Shown here piece by piece: positions 30,195 to 40,453 of a DNA stretch of 64,000 nt. The notes below the pieces were generated by a model. It was given only the letters and a program-made list of their open reading frames with translations, was not told the DNA's origin and did not search any database. Both the position numbers and the translations under genes were made by a program. This DNA is from Nitrosopumilus sp. (lineage in GTDB: Archaea; Thermoproteota; Nitrososphaeria; Nitrososphaerales; Nitrosopumilaceae), in assembly GCA_965219345.1 (NCBI GenBank), contig OZ244732.1:1696001-1760000 (forward strand). Direction: 5' to 3'. How positions within the stretch are numbered: position 1 is the stretch's first letter; each line of letters starts with the position of its first letter.

Positions 30195-31226
30195 TCATAA
30201 TCTAAACAAAGCTATTTTGGCATTTTTCTTCCTCCTCTTTTTATCTAGGGTTTTGTAATTCCTGTTCCATTCCATTGTTCCAATTTTCTTCTCTTTAATT
30301 TCATCAATTATTTCATCCACAAAATTCATGTTTTGTTCTCGTCCAGTTACATAAAGAGAATTTATTTTTTCTGAGTATGCCTCTTCTGCACGTTTAATAT
30401 ATGGTGTGATGCCCTGAGAATATCTTTTGTAAGCTTTTGCAACAAGGATTATTTGTACACAAAAGACATCACTATGATAATCGAGTGGAACATCTTCATT
30501 TCCGATGTTTTTCAAGAATGCAAGAAAATTCTTTATTTCATTGGTTTTTTGATTAAGATCAAGTCCGTGTAATCTTTCGCCTACAAAAACAAATTCTGTA
30601 AGAAATATGTTATCAAAGTATCCAAATATGTCTAACTGTTTAAACTCCTCATAAAATGATTTGATTTTATCGTCATTATCTATTTGTTCTGGTAGCATTT
30701 CTTGTCTAAAAACATCCAATGCGTCAGGACGTTTTTCTTGTATTATTTTTTCTTGGATAGTTAACTCAGCCGCAGTTAAAATTTTAGATGGCAACTTATG
30801 TCTGACCATTGGAAGAAAAGCTTTTGACGTGTACTGGCGTATTGCATTAACAAAATTTCTAGCATTATTATTGTGATAATCCATGATTACAATAACATCT
30901 TCTTTTTCAATATACGAGCTAGAATCATCATCTTTGATCCAGCGGAATTTTAAGCCATACGGAAGTATTCTATCAGCATGATTGTTTTTTATGTAAGATG
31001 AGATTCTGCCTTGTATATCTGAGGCAACACTATGTCTAGCAGAACGTTTGCTCATCTTTTCAAACATAGATGCAATTAGACTACTCCAGATAGCAATCTT
31101 GTCAGGATGAGTAAAGAAATAAAATAGTAAATATGATAGAATTGCTATTGGAAGCGACCACCAAAAATCCACAAAATTTTGAAACATGCTAACAAACACA
31201 TCTTGTAAAATAATATCTTTTGTCAT
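30195..31226 (-). CDS. Hypothetical membrane-anchored protein
   Basis: 343 aa, N-terminal hydrophobic helix; no family recognised. Confidence 0.7.
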   Translation of the reverse strand: MTKDIILQDVFVSMFQNFVDFWWSLPIAILSYLLFYFFTHPDKIAIWSSLIASMFEKMSKRSARHSVASDIQGRISSYIKNNHADRILPYGLKFRWIKDDDSSSYIEKEDVIVIMDYHNNNARNFVNAIRQYTSKAFLPMVRHKLPSKILTAAELTIQEKIIQEKRPDALDVFRQEMLPEQIDNDDKIKSFYEEFKQLDIFGYFDNIFLTEFVFVGERLHGLDLNQKTNEIKNFLAFLKNIGNEDVPLDYHSDVFCVQIILVAKAYKRYSQGITPYIKRAEEAYSEKINSLYVTGREQNMNFVDEIIDEIKEKKIGTMEWNRNYKTLDKKRRKKNAKIALFRL

Positions 31227-31243
31227 GCTACACTAATTTATGA

Positions 31244-31492
31244 TTAGTGAATAGTTTTAACTATTTTATCATAACACGATATTTTGTTGCATGCAAACAC
31301 AAATTTTTCATTGACTAATTTTATGCTTCCAACATTTGTTGGCGATATCTCATTGGAGCATATATGACATTTTATATTACTGCTACGAAAATCCTGTAGT
31401 TGACCATATTTTTTCAATAGGTTATCTAGGTCTGCAATATGAACTGCCTTGATTTCCTTGCTTTGAGTAGACATCATGATACAATTATACAT
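31244..31492 (-). CDS. Small Cys-motif protein
   Basis: KCHIC...ACNKISC; directly upstream of the 343-aa gene. Confidence 0.6.
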   Translation of the reverse strand: MYNCIMMSTQSKEIKAVHIADLDNLLKKYGQLQDFRSSNIKCHICSNEISPTNVGSIKLVNEKFVFACNKISCYDKIVKTIH

Positions 31493-31606
31493 TTTTGGCC
31501 TAAATAACTTGTTCGCATTTTATTGGATTATTTTGTCAAACTTGTGATCATTAGGTTTGAAATATCGTCATGACTCTGAATACATAAGTTTTCATCTGAG
31601 GTTATC

Positions 31607-32678
31607 TGTGTCTATTGTACGGAAATTATGTCGCGCGCCAAGAGTCCGGCGTACTGCCCAAGAGTATTTTACACTACACAAGTCCAGGCACCCCATGCCA
31701 ATACGCCTGACCGACAAGGCCATCCGATACGCCGTCAGGCAGCTGGAGAAGGGCAAAGACACCAAGACGGTCGCAGAAGAGATCAACGTCACCCAGAGGC
31801 ATGTGCAGCGGCTGTGGGCCGAATTCAACAGGACCGGTTCGATCCACGTCCAGCAGCCTGCAGGACGGCCGGCAGATCTCCCACCGCCCGACGAGGAAAC
31901 CAATATGGTATTAGACGTTCACGGACGCAAGCCGGAGGGTGTGCTACGGACAGCCAAGAGGCTTCGGAAGGAGGGACACGATATAAGCTACTCCCGCGTA
32001 TACCAGATAATGAAGTCCAACGGCCTAGTCATCGACTCCCCGGCAAAGTCGAGGAAGCGCAAGTGGGTCAGGTACGAGCGCCTGTACTCGAATGCCATGT
32101 GGCATACTGACTGGCATGTGATGAAGGATCCGCGCATGAAGGATCTGAACCTGATCACGTATCTTGATGATGCCTCCAGGTGCGTTACGGGCGCGGCATT
32201 GTTCAAGGAGGCCACCTCAGAGAACGCGGTGGCGGTGCTCCGGCAGGCAGTCGGCAGGTTCGACGTGCCGGCGACCATCCTGTCCGACAACGGCTCGTGC
32301 TTCGTCGGCAGGGGCGGCCGCAAGAGGCAGACAGGCACCTGGACTCCGACCCTCTTTGAGAACGAGCTGCTGGACCACAACATAGGGCTGATCAATTCAA
32401 GACCGTATCACCCGCAGACCAACGGAAAACTGGAGAGGTTCCACAGGAGCATCGAGGAGGAAATATGGCACTATGACGGGCTGGACGACTATGTCGAGTA
32501 CTACAACACGGACAGGCTGCACTTTTCACTGGACATCGACAACTACGAGACGCCGCTGATGGCGTTCCGCAACAAGAGGGCTACCGACGAGATAAGACAG
32601 CAGAATTCCAGATGGATGGAGGCAGATATCAATGACTGACGACCCAGACAGGGGGCGACATGATTTTCATATATTACA
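31607..32678 (+). mobile_element. IS481-family insertion sequence (ends approximate)
   Basis: Abrupt high-GC block; imperfect inverted ends ..GAAATTATGTCGC / GCGACATGATTTTCATATATTACA. Confidence 0.75.
31695..32639 (+). CDS. IS481-family (rve) DDE transposase
   Basis: MWHTDW, YLDDASR, ILSDNG, HPQTNGKLERFH; start taken at MPIRLT. Confidence 0.9.
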   Translation: MPIRLTDKAIRYAVRQLEKGKDTKTVAEEINVTQRHVQRLWAEFNRTGSIHVQQPAGRPADLPPPDEETNMVLDVHGRKPEGVLRTAKRLRKEGHDISYSRVYQIMKSNGLVIDSPAKSRKRKWVRYERLYSNAMWHTDWHVMKDPRMKDLNLITYLDDASRCVTGAALFKEATSENAVAVLRQAVGRFDVPATILSDNGSCFVGRGGRKRQTGTWTPTLFENELLDHNIGLINSRPYHPQTNGKLERFHRSIEEEIWHYDGLDDYVEYYNTDRLHFSLDIDNYETPLMAFRNKRATDEIRQQNSRWMEADIND

Positions 32679-32886
32679 ATCCGTTAATTGCCTGAAAATA
32701 TGTGCAGTTTGGATTAGGACATATTCTTGCCGGTCATGATTTCTATATGAAAGAATACAACAGGTACACTGTTAGCGAATTACTTTGCATGTACAAACAA
32801 TTTGAAAACGATGTAACATTTCAAGGATTCAAACGATAACACTTTCATGTCTTTAAAGCACATTTAGCAGGGAGTAAACTGTCGAG

Positions 32887-33069
32887 TCACAGAGTGTTTT
32901 CCAAATCTTCTTTTGTTGTCTTTTTATCCTTGTCTGTGATTTTAATTGAGCCCTTTGGCTCAATCATGTAGGCCAGTGGATTTTCGTCACAATCATACAA
33001 TTCCAAAACATCTGAATCTTTGGACTCCATGTATTTTATATGGTTATTCTCCGTTAAATTGGTTTTCAT
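32887..33069 (-). CDS. Hypothetical protein or fragment
   Basis: 60-aa ORF only. Confidence 0.3.
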   Translation of the reverse strand: MKTNLTENNHIKYMESKDSDVLELYDCDENPLAYMIEPKGSIKITDKDKKTTKEDLENTL

Positions 33070-33154
33070 ATCAGGTTCTGCTAACTTGTCGAGACCCGGA
33101 ATGTGGATCTTCTCTGAAATGTTATGAGAATCAATGCCTAATGAGAGATATGAT

Positions 33155-33370
33155 TCAGACAGGCCAATTCAAGACATATTCGCTTATGTCTATGTCATTT
33201 TGCCTGCCGCATTTCAGGCGGTCTTTTTGGTCGTCAACATAGAGATCAACAGTGTTTTTTCCCTTGTTTTCTAGTATGAACTTGCGTAGAAAAGACGAGG
33301 GGATAATGTATGGCTTGGTTCTTTGTAGCAGGAGATACAGTTCATCATTTCCAGATTCGAACATTCTCAT
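33155..33370 (-). CDS. Hypothetical protein, possibly a truncated C-terminal fragment
   Basis: 71-aa ORF downstream of the MTase, beside a mini-element. Confidence 0.4.
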   Translation of the reverse strand: MRMFESGNDELYLLLQRTKPYIIPSSFLRKFILENKGKNTVDLYVDDQKDRLKCGRQNDIDISEYVLNWPV

Positions 33371-33399
33371 AAGATCGTCACGTGCCGTTATCTACCATC

Positions 33400-33479
33400 G
33401 GTACTGTTAACTTTTGAGGATCCGAGATGCCAAATTGAGCGTGTCATCTGGCAAAAGACTCTCTATTGTTAACAGTACC
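33400..33479. mobile_element. 80-bp mini-element bounded by IS6-type inverted repeats
   Basis: GGTACTGTTAAC...GTTAACAGTACC; no target duplication seen. Confidence 0.5.
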
Positions 33480-34269
33480 GCACCTGCTGCACAGAACTGA
33501 CTCTTTTTCTAGCTATCTTGGCATACTGGGATGACACATCGCATCCGATAAATTCTCTGCCGTGTATAGCAGCCATCTTGCATGTGGTTCCGGAACCACA
33601 CATGGGATCAAACACAAAATCTCCTTTATTACTCCATGACAAAATATGATCCTCTGCAAGTTTTTCTGGAAAAATGGCTGGATGCTCAAATGCATACCTG
33701 TCGTTTGTCGTTCCACTAACCCTACAGCATACTCCCAGATGTTGGTCTTTGTCTTGTATTCATTGAGCTTGGCCTTGACCTTGCGGTTTACTGCATCTGG
33801 CCCCTTGTTGTATACCACGCCTTCCACGCCATTCCTAACAGTTTTTTCCGTTAACGGGTTGAATGTCACCGGCTTTCCCTTTGCCAGAATAAACATGAAC
33901 TCGTAGCAGTTTGTGTATGCGTTGCTCCGCATGAACGGCGTGTTCTTCTTGCGGTAGATCATCACGTCGTGTATGGTGAACCCTATCTGTTTGAAATAAA
34001 GTGCCTGATCAAAGCTGGTGAGGCTACGACCGCCGTTAATCCTGTCGCCTACAACCCATATTACGATCCCCCCGAGTCACTTCATAGAGTGACTTGGCGG
34101 TATTCTCAAAATCAAAAACATAGCCTTCATAGTTTCTGAGATTGTCATACGGTGGAGATGTTACAGTAAGGTCAACAGAACCGGGCTTGATTCTGTCTCG
34201 CATGAACTTTACGCAGTCGGCAGTGTATATTTTGTTTTTTTCTGCATACTTAGTTTTTATGCGATTCAT
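33469..34269 (-). pseudogene. Beta-class N4/N6 DNA methyltransferase, two frameshifts
   Basis: VDLTVTSPPY, HPAIFPE, DPMCGSGTT across frames; shifts at G6 run (34068-34073) and ~33716. Confidence 0.88.
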
Positions 34270-34439
34270 TCCTTCTCGCCTGCGGTTACGAGTATCTTGT
34301 TCTTGGTTATAGTAAATTTCAGAGCAGAGGGCATCCCAAGTTTTTCTACTACTGGTTTTGGGATCTTGCAGCCATGCGTTCCGGCGGTGGGATTCAGCGA
34401 AACCACAAATTCTGTTGCGTCCTGTTTCCATTTTGGCAT
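34266..34439 (-). CDS. Small AbrB/MazE-like protein (57 aa, not in ORF track)
   Basis: MPKWKQDATEFVVSL...CKIPKPVVEKLGMPSALKFTITKNKILV; ATGA overlap with MTase start; paralog of 20740-20910. Confidence 0.75.
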   Translation of the reverse strand: MPKWKQDATEFVVSLNPTAGTHGCKIPKPVVEKLGMPSALKFTITKNKILVTAGEKE

Positions 34440-34473
34440 TAGTGGGGATAGTAAACAGCCGTTAAATAAGTAT

Positions 34474-34525
34474 TACTGTATCAGTCTGATAATAGAAAGC
34501 ATTATATTATCAGACTGATATAGTA
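34474..34525. promoter_or_regulatory. 21-bp inverted repeat (1 mismatch) overlapping BRE/TATA of the tRNA-like gene
   Basis: TACTGTATCAGTCTGATAATA ... TATTATCAGACTGATATAGTA around GAAAGCATTATA. Confidence 0.65.
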
Positions 34526-34532
34526 TATGTAT

Positions 34533-34618
34533 GGCAGGATTGCTTAGCAAGGTTAAAGCGACAGATTCAGAATCTGTGTCTCTCGCCGAGATCGTGGGTT
34601 CAAGTCCCACTCCTGCCG
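34533..34618 (+). tRNA. tRNA-like gene, anticodon CAG (Leu codon CUG) with G73 and long variable arm
   Basis: GGCAGGA/TCCTGCC, GCTT/AAGC, ACAGA-TTCAGAA-TCTGT, TCTC/GAGA variable stem, GTGGG-TTCAAGT-CCCAC, G73. Confidence 0.88.
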
Positions 34619-34667
34619 CACATGTCATTTCTTTTCATTCTATATTAATTTTCGAGGGGAATTACGC

Positions 34668-35789
34668 ATGAATCCCAGACAACAGCGTGCAAAGACCATG
34701 ATGGAAACACAAGGCTACTGCTCCCAAATCAACCACGATTCCTTCAAGGTACGTTCCCAGACAAACCCAGAGAATCACTATATCGTATCAAAAACAGACA
34801 ACGGCCTTGTCTGTGAGTGTCCAGACCACGAGACACGAAACGCAGACTGCAAGCACATCAAGATTGTGCTGGATGTTATCAGGCGTAATGGCTGTTATCG
34901 TAACAACACTTTCCGCATCATGGAACGTGCCAAGCTGAGACTCTGCAAGTATTGCGATTCAGGCAACATCACCAAAAAGGGAACCAGAAAGACCAAGAAA
35001 GGTGATGTCCAGATATTCAAGTGCAAGGACTGCACGAGAAGATTTACAGCAAACTTTGGATTCAAGAAGATACGGTTTGATGAGAATGTGATTACCGGAG
35101 CCATGCAAATGTATTATTCGGGAATGTCTACCCGTGACATCGCAAACCACTACGAAATGATGGGAATTGACGTGTCCGATGTTGCAGTTTTCAAGTGGAT
35201 TGACAAGTATTCCAAAATGACAGCAAAGTACCTTAATGGAATCGTACCCAGAGTCGGCGGCTGGTTCCGTGCAGATGAGGTATGGGTGAAGATCAACGGG
35301 AAGCAATGCTATCTTTTTGCAAACATGGACGATGATACGAGATATTGGTTGGCTTCCGACCTAGCAGACAACAAGTTCCAGCACAATGCCAACAATCTAT
35401 TGAGAATGACAAAACAGCAGTCCGGCAAGTCACCACGAAACTTCATCACTGACGGGCTTCCGGCCTATGCCAAATCATCAAAGAGGGTGTTTGGCAAGAA
35501 AACCAACCACGTAAAGCACATCCACCTGGCAGGCAAAAGAGACAAGGACAACAATAACAAAATGGAGAGGTTGAACGGTGAGATTAGAGACCGTGAGAAG
35601 GTGTTTCGTGGTCTAAAGAAGATGGACACCGGAATACTTGACGGAATGCGAGTCTATTACAACTACACGAAAAAACACGGTGCATTGAAGGGTCAGACTC
35701 CGGCAGAGGCTTCAATGATTGAGGTTGATGGCATAAACAAATGGAAAACCATCATTCAGAATGCAAGTCTGAGTAAGGACTCTGAATAG
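34668..35789 (+). CDS. IS6-like DDE transposase with SWIM and Zn-ribbon domains (intact)
   Basis: CECPD...CKH, CKYC/CKDC, RADEVW, FITDGL, NNKMERLNGE; IS6-like end ..TACAGTACC at 35803-35811. Confidence 0.92.
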   Translation: MNPRQQRAKTMMETQGYCSQINHDSFKVRSQTNPENHYIVSKTDNGLVCECPDHETRNADCKHIKIVLDVIRRNGCYRNNTFRIMERAKLRLCKYCDSGNITKKGTRKTKKGDVQIFKCKDCTRRFTANFGFKKIRFDENVITGAMQMYYSGMSTRDIANHYEMMGIDVSDVAVFKWIDKYSKMTAKYLNGIVPRVGGWFRADEVWVKINGKQCYLFANMDDDTRYWLASDLADNKFQHNANNLLRMTKQQSGKSPRNFITDGLPAYAKSSKRVFGKKTNHVKHIHLAGKRDKDNNNKMERLNGEIRDREKVFRGLKKMDTGILDGMRVYYNYTKKHGALKGQTPAEASMIEVDGINKWKTIIQNASLSKDSE

Positions 35790-35861
35790 GCATAGTGTAA
35801 TATACAGTACCATACAGTATCATATTTTTCTTTTGCAATGGTTTTTTAACAGGTTGATGCA

Positions 35862-36257
35862 GTGTTATGTCATGAAAATACAGACGGTAAAAAAAGGATT
35901 TGGGAGACGCCAAGAAGGCGAAGATGTGATTGTATGCACGTATCCAAATGCCGACATTGCCGTGAAGGCGCTTTTGAAATCACTGGAAGATTGACATACA
36001 AGATATCACTCTCCCGCCTTTACAAAGAACAGATAGCACATATCAAAGAATTTGATACCATATTGAACTCAAGAAAAGTAGCACAAAATATCAAGAAAAC
36101 CGTCAAGGATTTGGAAAAAATGCAAAGATCAAGAATTGATATTGAGACTACTAGGATCAGGTCTCAGGTTGAAGGCACTTCCTATGTCGTTGTCTACAAA
36201 GTACAAAACAGCCCCAATCAAAAGCTAATTGCAAAAAGAATCATCAAGTGTAAATAA
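35862..36257 (+). CDS. Hypothetical protein
   Basis: 131-aa ORF, start uncertain. Confidence 0.4.
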   Translation: MLCHENTDGKKRIWETPRRRRCDCMHVSKCRHCREGAFEITGRLTYKISLSRLYKEQIAHIKEFDTILNSRKVAQNIKKTVKDLEKMQRSRIDIETTRIRSQVEGTSYVVVYKVQNSPNQKLIAKRIIKCK

Positions 36258-36317
36258 AACTAATGCCTCTATTCCAGAGAAGATTCACATTCCTGGTCTC
36301 GACAAGTTAGCAGAACC

Positions 36318-37073
36318 TCATATCAGAATCAAGATTCCCATTACAACTGGTATCAGATATCTTATTACATAACGAGCGCGTATGGATTGGTTGCTGGTCA
36401 GCTGGGGTAGCAACAATGATCCGCCTATGATAAACAATCCCATCTCTATCTGTTTGGCAAATATGCCTGTATCAGGAGGATTGCCCAGGTATATTCCATA
36501 TTTGAATATTAGAATAAGCGATGATATTACAATGAGTGTGTAAAGACCAAACTTTGTAGGGGCGGCAGAGGTGGAAGCAGGCTTGAACGAATATGAAATT
36601 TCAAAACTATTTTCGTGGCCGGATGTTATTCTAAACAAAGTAGAGTTGTATGTTTTGAATTTCTGTACATAACTTGGCTGTTGATGACTCTGCTCTACTT
36701 CATTGCCTTCAATTGTGCCATATTTTGTTTGTGCAAAATCAAATTCATTGGGTGTAAATAAAGTGCAATACAAAGGATAGGGCTGCTTTTTTATTGTCAT
36801 TTTCAAAACAGATTTTGAGTGTTTTGTGTGATGTGGGGAATAATTCAAGGTAAATGTTCGAATCTCGTTTTTATTCAATGCTTTGTTTTTTGGGATTTTA
36901 ATCCATATCATGTGTAATTTCTCCAAATCTATCTTCGAATGTAGTGTTTCCAGCTTTTCTCGTATCTCTCCAGAATCTGTGTTAATGAAATGTAAAATTA
37001 ATTTTTTAGCATCTTTTGTTGCCATTACTGGCAAAATAGAACCTTCCTCATCTTGAACTAGTAGGTTTGGCAA
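36318..37073 (-). CDS. Hypothetical protein with C-terminal TM helices (5' end possibly degraded)
   Basis: 251-aa ORF with three hydrophobic C-terminal segments. Confidence 0.6.
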   Translation of the reverse strand: MPNLLVQDEEGSILPVMATKDAKKLILHFINTDSGEIREKLETLHSKIDLEKLHMIWIKIPKNKALNKNEIRTFTLNYSPHHTKHSKSVLKMTIKKQPYPLYCTLFTPNEFDFAQTKYGTIEGNEVEQSHQQPSYVQKFKTYNSTLFRITSGHENSFEISYSFKPASTSAAPTKFGLYTLIVISSLILIFKYGIYLGNPPDTGIFAKQIEMGLFIIGGSLLLPQLTSNQSIRARYVIRYLIPVVMGILILI

Positions 37074-37406
37074 GAAATCATCTGATAAAATGATGATGTT
37101 TGTCAGTTTCGCTCTCTTTGATCTTATCGTGTATTCGTTTGTTACACTTCTCTGTTCTTTATGTTAGTGTGAAATAAACAGCCTCTGCCGCAAGATTTCT
37201 ATCATGGAATCTACTTGCATCTCAAAGTAATCCATATGCAGATCATTTTATTCCCACGGTTTAGAGAAAATATGATTCTCGCTCAAAAATGTTGAGCTAT
37301 GGAAAGGCGATCATTGGGGTCAATAGATCGCTCAAATTTTGAAGAACATTTTGAATGAAATGACGAAATGTTGAAAATCTTAAGGCATTGCTTGTAAATT
37401 CAAATC

Positions 37407-38894
37407 TTGAATCTGTACAAATCAGCAGATTATGTCACAAAAATCGGCGAGAATAGCCTTGATTTTTATGCAGACGAGAGGTGGCAGAAGGTCAAGAAAG
37501 CTGTAGCAGGGCACTCGTTTTTCCACTGGGACCTGGAGTTTCCTGACATATTTTACGATGAAGATGGGAAGCGAAAGAAGAATCCTGGGTTTGACGGGGT
37601 TGTTGGGAATCCTCCTTATGTTAGACAAGAAACATTGAAAGCTAAAGCACAGATGTAATTGCCACAAAATTCTAATTTGAGAATATCTAAAAATTTTATA
37701 ATTAATAGTAAATCAGATTTGAGTTGTTATTTCCATGGTCATAGATTACATCTATTAAAAAATAAAAAAATCCTTGGATTTATTTCTAATGATTCTTGGT
37801 TACATATGAGATATGGCAAAAATATTCGTCTGTTGTTTTTAGATAATACTAGCGTATTAGAAATAATTAAACCAACTTATAATATTTTTAAAGATGCAGA
37901 TACACCAACTGCAATATTATTACTTCAAAAACAACAAACAGAAGATCATACTGTATTATTTAAAACTGTGAATAAGGAGGGCTTTGAGAGTGGTAAATTT
38001 ACTATTATTGCAAAACCACAAAAGGAGATACTAACTGATAATTGGAATAATTATTTTTCAAATACAGAATTTATACCAAAAATTAAGATGGTAAACATGT
38101 TTGATGTTGGAATTATCAAGGGAGGTCAGAAAACAGGATGTAATGATTTTTTTGTCTTAACTAAAGATATGATTAAAAAATATGAAATTGCCGAAGAGTA
38201 TAGAAAATCCATAATATCAAATGATATTCATGAAGGATTATTGACAGACTATGTTGTTTCTGAATATCTACTTGATGTTAATGATTCAAAAGGAGAATTA
38301 GTAAGAAGTAAAAATGGGAAAAAAGTCTTAAAATATATAGAATATGGTGAGGAAACAGAAATTATTCCTCAAAAAGGTAAAAATGTCAAACCTTGTTTAA
38401 TTTCAGAATTATCAAGTGTTACGAATCGCAATATGTGGTATTCTCTTGGATTGCAAAATCCCCCATCTATATTTCTTAGTCAAATTATAGATAAACGATT
38501 GAAAGTGTATGAGAATAATGATGAATTTTACTCATTAGATGTTTTCGCTTATTTTACACCAAATAATAAAAATCACATACATGCATTCTTAGCTTATCTT
38601 GCATCATCCTGGTTTTTACTATACATGGAACAAAACGGTCACTCTATGGGAGGAGGTGCCTTGAAATTTCAAATTTATGACTACAAAAATTCTCCTGTTC
38701 CAGATTTTAATGAAATGGGGGAGAAAAATATTCATCGAATGGAGATGGCATGGTTATTTTATAGAGAAAATTTTAATAGAAAAAAACTGGATAATATTGT
38801 ATTTCCGATATTAGGATTTAATGAAAATGAAAAAAATATTATTTTGGATAAATTAGAATCTAAAACTAATTCTAGAAAGAACAGGAAAAATTAA
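37407..38894 (+). pseudogene. Eco57I/Type IIG restriction-modification enzyme, C-terminal half with internal stop
   Basis: FFHWDLEFP...GFDGVVGNPPYVRQE, TAA at 37656, GQKTGCNDFF, MGGGALK; N-terminus missing. Confidence 0.85.
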
Positions 38895-38929
38895 TACACA
38901 TAAAAAAATACTATATTGCTGAAGAATTA

Positions 38930-40453
38930 ATGATTAAATGGGAATCCATGCCTACAAATTCGAAACAAGCTTTAGAGATGGAAGCCAAAACATACAAGTA
39001 TCCTACTCACATAACACTGATTCAAGAAATTATTGCAAATGCACAAGATGCGTTTAGAGAATACAATACACAAGATCCTACAATAAATATCTCTTTTCAG
39101 AAGCATAAAAACAAGAAATTTATTATATTTCACAATAACTCAAAACCTATTCCGGAAAGTTTTTTTAAAAAGAAATATTCAACTCTTTATCAATCTTCCA
39201 AGAATATTGGCGAAGCAATAGGATTTGTTGGTATTGGTGCCAAAATCTTTCTTCCATCACATAAAGATGCAGAAATAATTACAATAACAGGGAATATAAA
39301 GAAAATTGCATCCAAGTGGATATGTACTAACAAGGGACCACAATACATCACAAGCCTACAAAATTCTCTTTCGGATGTAGTAGACATGAATGAATTTTAT
39401 CATAAAAATGGAACTACGTTTATTTGTAGATTATCAGATGAACAGTATTTAGAATTAACATCAAAGATAAGCAAGATCATACATTTTTGGTGGAATCCTG
39501 CATTGATTGCAAACTTGTTTACTATTAAAATACATAGAAAGATAATAACATCTGAATTTCCAAGTAAAATAAAACAATCCATCAAATCATTTTCTATACG
39601 TGGAGAGAAACTAAACTGTAATTTTTTCATATCTGATGATGAATTAGATGATGATTATCAAAATATTATATACACAGTACATGGAAAAAGAATTGAAAAT
39701 GACAAATTAGAAACTGCATTGACAGTAAAAGAAAATTATGGAAAAAGAATTTTTTGTTATGTTGATGTATCAATGTTGGCAAAATATGTTCTTAAAAGCA
39801 AAGAAGGATTTGAAAAACACAAATATGTCACAAATATAAAAAATAAAATTCATCAAAGATTTTGGGATTTTGTTAAAGAAAAAGAACTATACAAAGATCG
39901 AACAAAAACTATTACTAAAAATGTGGAATTAGAAACTCTTGTGGATAAACTAAACCTGATGTTACAAAACCAAAAATTCAAAGATCTAAACCCATTTCTT
40001 ACAAAAAAACTACGTAAGACAATCATTCCTACAAATGGCGGAGATGAACCAATTACGGAGGTCGAAGGCACTCAACAAACAGATGAATCAGGAAATGGGG
40101 ACGATCCTAGTACCGCATATGGGGATAATGCTGGAATTGGTTTCGTATCAGATGATAAAGGAAAAAAATTAGGAGAAAGAAAAATGAAGCAGACTCGTGG
40201 GCTCAGTATAAGTGAGATTGAGCATGATGAAACAGAAAAAATGGAGGCGTATGTAAGTGAAAGCGATAATGCAGTAATAATAAACACAGGTCATCCATTT
40301 TATAAAAAGATCGAAGGTAGACTTATGAGTGAATATCACAAATACAAAATTGTGATAGAGGCATTAGTTCGATATAAGGCCGAATCCGAAGGATGGAATA
40401 CAGATATGTCTCTAGATAAAGCCCGAGATCTCTTACATTCAACATATGATTGA
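38930..40453 (+). CDS. GHKL (Hsp90/MORC-like) ATPase
   Basis: LIQEIIANAQDA (N box), IGFVGIGAK (G2), NGTTF; C-terminal IINTGHPFY. Confidence 0.8.
   Translation: MIKWESMPTNSKQALEMEAKTYKYPTHITLIQEIIANAQDAFREYNTQDPTINISFQKHKNKKFIIFHNNSKPIPESFFKKKYSTLYQSSKNIGEAIGFVGIGAKIFLPSHKDAEIITITGNIKKIASKWICTNKGPQYITSLQNSLSDVVDMNEFYHKNGTTFICRLSDEQYLELTSKISKIIHFWWNPALIANLFTIKIHRKIITSEFPSKIKQSIKSFSIRGEKLNCNFFISDDELDDDYQNIIYTVHGKRIENDKLETALTVKENYGKRIFCYVDVSMLAKYVLKSKEGFEKHKYVTNIKNKIHQRFWDFVKEKELYKDRTKTITKNVELETLVDKLNLMLQNQKFKDLNPFLTKKLRKTIIPTNGGDEPITEVEGTQQTDESGNGDDPSTAYGDNAGIGFVSDDKGKKLGERKMKQTRGLSISEIEHDETEKMEAYVSESDNAVIINTGHPFYKKIEGRLMSEYHKYKIVIEALVRYKAESEGWNTDMSLDKARDLLHSTYD

Noticed and set aside
34036-34431. 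131-aa ORF as listed in the track
   Set aside because: Its first ~54 codons are the wrong frame of the AbrB-like gene; the MTase starts at 34269.
34561-34577. Reading the 34533 tRNA as tRNA-Sec/opal suppressor because the loop contains TCA
   Set aside because: The stem ACAGA/TCTGT fixes a 7-nt loop centred on CAG, and the fold is 7/5 with a 4-bp D stem rather than Sec-type.
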